Assembly (NCBI GenBank): GCA_963752045.1
Contig: CAVVWN010000007.1
Location: 9,978-73,977, forward strand
Direction: 5' to 3'
DNA: 64,000 bases
Origin: an uncultured Acidobacteriota bacterium
GTDB lineage: Bacteria > Acidobacteriota > Vicinamibacteria > Vicinamibacterales > SCN-69-37
The notes under the pieces were generated by a model. The model saw only the letters and a program-made list of their open reading frames with translations, was not told where the DNA came from and ran no database searches. Shown here piece after piece: positions 61,648 through 64,000 of the stretch. The number at the start of each line of letters is the position of its first letter. Position 1 is the first letter of the stretch. The position numbers were made by a program, and so were the translations under genes.

Positions 61648-64000
61648 TTAGCGAGTCGCCCTTGAGGCGGTGCCGGAAGGCTGTATTCCAGAATCGGCAA
61701 CGAGTTGCGCCGAGGCCTCGAGCTCGCGGAAGAACGGGTGATCGGGATCGGCCACGGACATGAGCTGCCTGACCTGCGCTTCGAGCGCGTCGGCATCATC
61801 GGCCCTGCCGGCCCGACGGTAGGCACCGACCAGCTTCACCTGCGCCTTGATCCACCAGGCGCCAGTCAGCCCAGGAACGTTGTAGACGGGCTGAGTCACG
61901 ACGGCCTCTTCGAGCACGCGAATAGCCTGTGAAGCGCTGCCTGAGCGCTCCCACATGTCGGCCAGCGTGACCGATGTGTCGTAAAAGCCGGATGTCGGGT
62001 TCTCGCGGCGGATGTCCACGACCTGCTGGAGCGCTGTCGCCGCCTCACGGAAACTGCCGCTCGCCGCAGTCTCGAGCGCCCGTACATGAAGGCGGGCGGT
62101 CTCGCTGGCATACCCTCCGGCAATGATCTCATGAGCCCGATCGAACAGGCCAACGTGGGTGTATGGCACCGGATTGTGAGCCCAATCCACTTCCGAGAGC
62201 AGGTCTCGCATACTCGCCAGGTCGTCGAAGAGGTCTGCGATACGGAACAGATTCGTCGCGCGCTGACCGGGGTGGGCGCCACGTTCGAACACCGCGCGCG
62301 CCCGCTCGATCCGCCCAAACGCAAGCCAGAACAAGCCATTCGCCGTGACGAGCGAGTCCCGCATGAACTCTGTCTGTCCGGCTATCGTGTTCTCGATGCC
62401 CTGCACCGATTCAAGGGCAGCCTGGTAATCGCCACCGGCCCACTGCTGGTACGCGTCGAAGTGAAGGACCCAGGCCGCGCGCCAACATGAATTCTCGCGC
62501 TGTCCGGCCTCCGGCGTGAGTAGCGCGCCTGCCCGGTCGGCGTACGAACGAGCCTCTGGGTGGCCCAGCAGGACGAGATCCTGCGCTGCGTCCGCCATCG
62601 CGTCGAAGTCACCGGGCAGCATCCGGGCAATCGCGATGCTCTGGCGGGCCATCGCCTGCCATTGCCCTTTCGCGGAGTACAACGTACGCAGGAGCGTCCT
62701 GGTTCGCAGCTCGAAGACACTCGGCCTCGCCATCTCCAGCGCTTCCAGCGCCGCCAGTGCCTCACTGCTGCGGTCGAGAACGCTGAGTGCCGCCCCGCGG
62801 ATAAAGAGCTGCTCCTCACGCGAAACGCCTTCGGCCAATACGAGGCTCTCCTGTGCCACCTGCCGGTAGGCGTCCGGATTCGGAGTGCCACCCATGTACG
62901 CCAGCCCGCTCTGTTCCGCCGTGCGCAGGACCATCGCCAGCCAGACCTTCGCCATCGCGAACTCGGGATCGAACCGGAGCGCCTCACGGAACTTCTCGAA
63001 GACCGCCTCCCACGGTCCGTCGATGCTCGCCCAATTGGCATCGGCCACCTCGACTGCCTGCGCAAACAACTGGAGGGCCTGGAGCGACGATGTCGTGACC
63101 GAAGGCAGCGGGCTTGCAGGCGGCCGCGAAGCCGTGACGGACGCGAATCTGGCCATCCTGCGCAGGTCCTGTCTCAATTCCGCCTCATTGGCTCCGTGGA
63201 AGGCGAAACTCGCGAGCGCGTCGCCACTCGAGTCGGTCAACTGAACCGACACCATCACGTCGTCGCCGACTTCAAGCGCGCGGCCTGTGACAAGGGCGGC
63301 GATGTCTGTGTCGCGGGCCATCACTTGCCGGGCCGTCTCGGGGTCGAGAATCGCATTTGGGCGGCGCATGCGGGCGAGCACGGCCGACAGCCGCCCGGCC
63401 GGCACGAGCGCAAGGTTGCCGTGACGCCCGACCTCCTGCTCGAGCAGGCCCGTGATCGTGTCGGCCAAATCGCTCCGACTCGTCCGGTTCTCGAACGGCG
63501 CGAGGAGCACGAGCGCGGGCCCGGTGGCTGAGACGGTCTCCGCCCAGGGACGCGACCACAGCAGGAGACTCGCGAACATCGCGACAAGCGAGGCCACGAT
63601 CGCGACACCCCTCTGGGAGGCCCCCGGCGACGTTGCGGATGGCACCGCGTTCGGCCCCTGCGCCGGGATCATCTCGGGTCGCAACGACTCGACGCCAGGA
63701 GGGGCGCCGATGACGGCGATATCGATAGCCGAGACTTCCAGCTGCCCTACTACGGCGGGCATCAACCGGTACCCCCGCTTCGGAATCGTCTCGATGATGC
63801 GCGGCCGGCGTGCATCGTCTCCAAGCGCGCGACGCAGCTCCGACATCGCGCGCGTGAGGGAATCTTCGCCCACGATCACGCCCGGCCACACCGAGTCCAG
63901 CAGCGCCGCTTTGCTCACGACGGCGCCGGACGACTCGGCGAGCCGCACGAAGAGCTCCATCACCTTCGGCTCGACACGGACGACTTCGTCACCGCGGCTG
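61648..64000 (-). CDS. Winged-helix (OmpR/CadC-type trans_reg_C) transcriptional regulator with TM segment and large TPR-like domain; the N-terminus lies beyond the right edge
   Basis: Own translation across the edge: ...SRGDEVVRVEPKVMELFVRLAESSGAVVSKAALLDSVWPGVIVGEDSLTRAMSELRRALGDDARRPRIIETIPKRGYRL. Then a TM segment (VAIVASLVAMFASLLLW) and about 550 aa of helical-repeat sequence. Confidence 0.75.
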   Translation of the reverse strand, partial: SRGDEVVRVEPKVMELFVRLAESSGAVVSKAALLDSVWPGVIVGEDSLTRAMSELRRALGDDARRPRIIETIPKRGYRLMPAVVGQLEVSAIDIAVIGAPPGVESLRPEMIPAQGPNAVPSATSPGASQRGVAIVASLVAMFASLLLWSRPWAETVSATGPALVLLAPFENRTSRSDLADTITGLLEQEVGRHGNLALVPAGRLSAVLARMRRPNAILDPETARQVMARDTDIAALVTGRALEVGDDVMVSVQLTDSSGDALASFAFHGANEAELRQDLRRMARFASVTASRPPASPLPSVTTSSLQALQLFAQAVEVADANWASIDGPWEAVFEKFREALRFDPEFAMAKVWLAMVLRTAEQSGLAYMGGTPNPDAYRQVAQESLVLAEGVSREEQLFIRGAALSVLDRSSEALAALEALEMARPSVFELRTRTLLRTLYSAKGQWQAMARQSIAIARMLPGDFDAMADAAQDLVLLGHPEARSYADRAGALLTPEAGQRENSCWRAAWVLHFDAYQQWAGGDYQAALESVQGIENTIAGQTEFMRDSLVTANGLFWLAFGRIERARAVFERGAHPGQRATNLFRIADLFDDLASMRDLLSEVDWAHNPVPYTHVGLFDRAHEIIAGGYASETARLHVRALETAASGSFREAATALQQVVDIRRENPTSGFYDTSVTLADMWERSGSASQAIRVLEEAVVTQPVYNVPGLTGAWWIKAQVKLVGAYRRAGRADDADALEAQVRQLMSVADPDHPFFRELEASAQLVADSGIQPSGTASRATR

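Overview
High-GC (by eye roughly 68-70 percent), gene-dense chromosomal segment with about 55 credible genes on both strands. The hallmark families point to Acidobacteriota: a VWFA-related Acidobacterial domain protein, an ADOP-type duplicated FtsX permease, several Ser/Thr kinases with TolB-like propellers, and an ECF sigma factor. No rRNA, CRISPR array, transposase or integrase was seen.

Left to right:
- partial class V aminotransferase
- VWFA-related protein and a GT-C-like membrane protein
- tRNA-His(GTG), followed by a small toxin-antitoxin islet (orphan HTH antitoxin, degraded antidote gene, hipBA with an extremely AT-rich upstream patch)
- ADOP permease and an ExeA-like AAA ATPase
- divergent NHEJ pair Ku / LigD (ligase + polymerase, no PE domain), with gluQ coupled to ligD
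- MBOAT O-acyltransferase with an SGNH-like partner and RidA
- 1,586-aa double BcrAD/BadFG-type activase fused to a dehydratase-like region
- DinB-like protein, arylsulfatase, S9 peptidase, beta-lactamase-family hydrolase
- two full-length kinases, an ECF sigma factor, a secreted unknown protein, and a kinase with an internal deletion and paralog scars
- PAS-LuxR regulator, then a four-gene translationally coupled cyclic-nucleotide module (FAD oxidoreductase, stand-alone cNMP-binding protein, FHA-cyclase, class II-like phosphodiesterase)
- truncated haemoglobin, SRPBCC protein, FMN alpha-hydroxyacid oxidase
- heavily frame-broken ABC-2 transporter pair, then gamma-glutamyltransferase
- about 6.8 kb TamB-like gene that runs in frame into a five-POTRA Omp85 barrel
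- minimal K+ channel and a DUF1295 protein
- lower-GC lipoprotein cassette, tandem retropepsin, partial winged-helix/TPR regulator

Most interesting observations:
1. The apparent TamB-Omp85 single polypeptide.
2. A family of 7-10-nt tandem oligomer arrays arranged as inverted pairs in the largest intergenic gaps. One array sits in frame inside the LigD inter-domain linker.
3. Two long near-perfect palindromes that share sequence modules.
4. The asymmetric giant activase.
5. The self-contained cNMP operon.

Several genes carry indel-type frame breaks while their motifs stay intact, so assembly error versus real decay must be resolved before the fusion or the pseudogenes are trusted. All calls come from reading the translations and the DNA. 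No searches were run.
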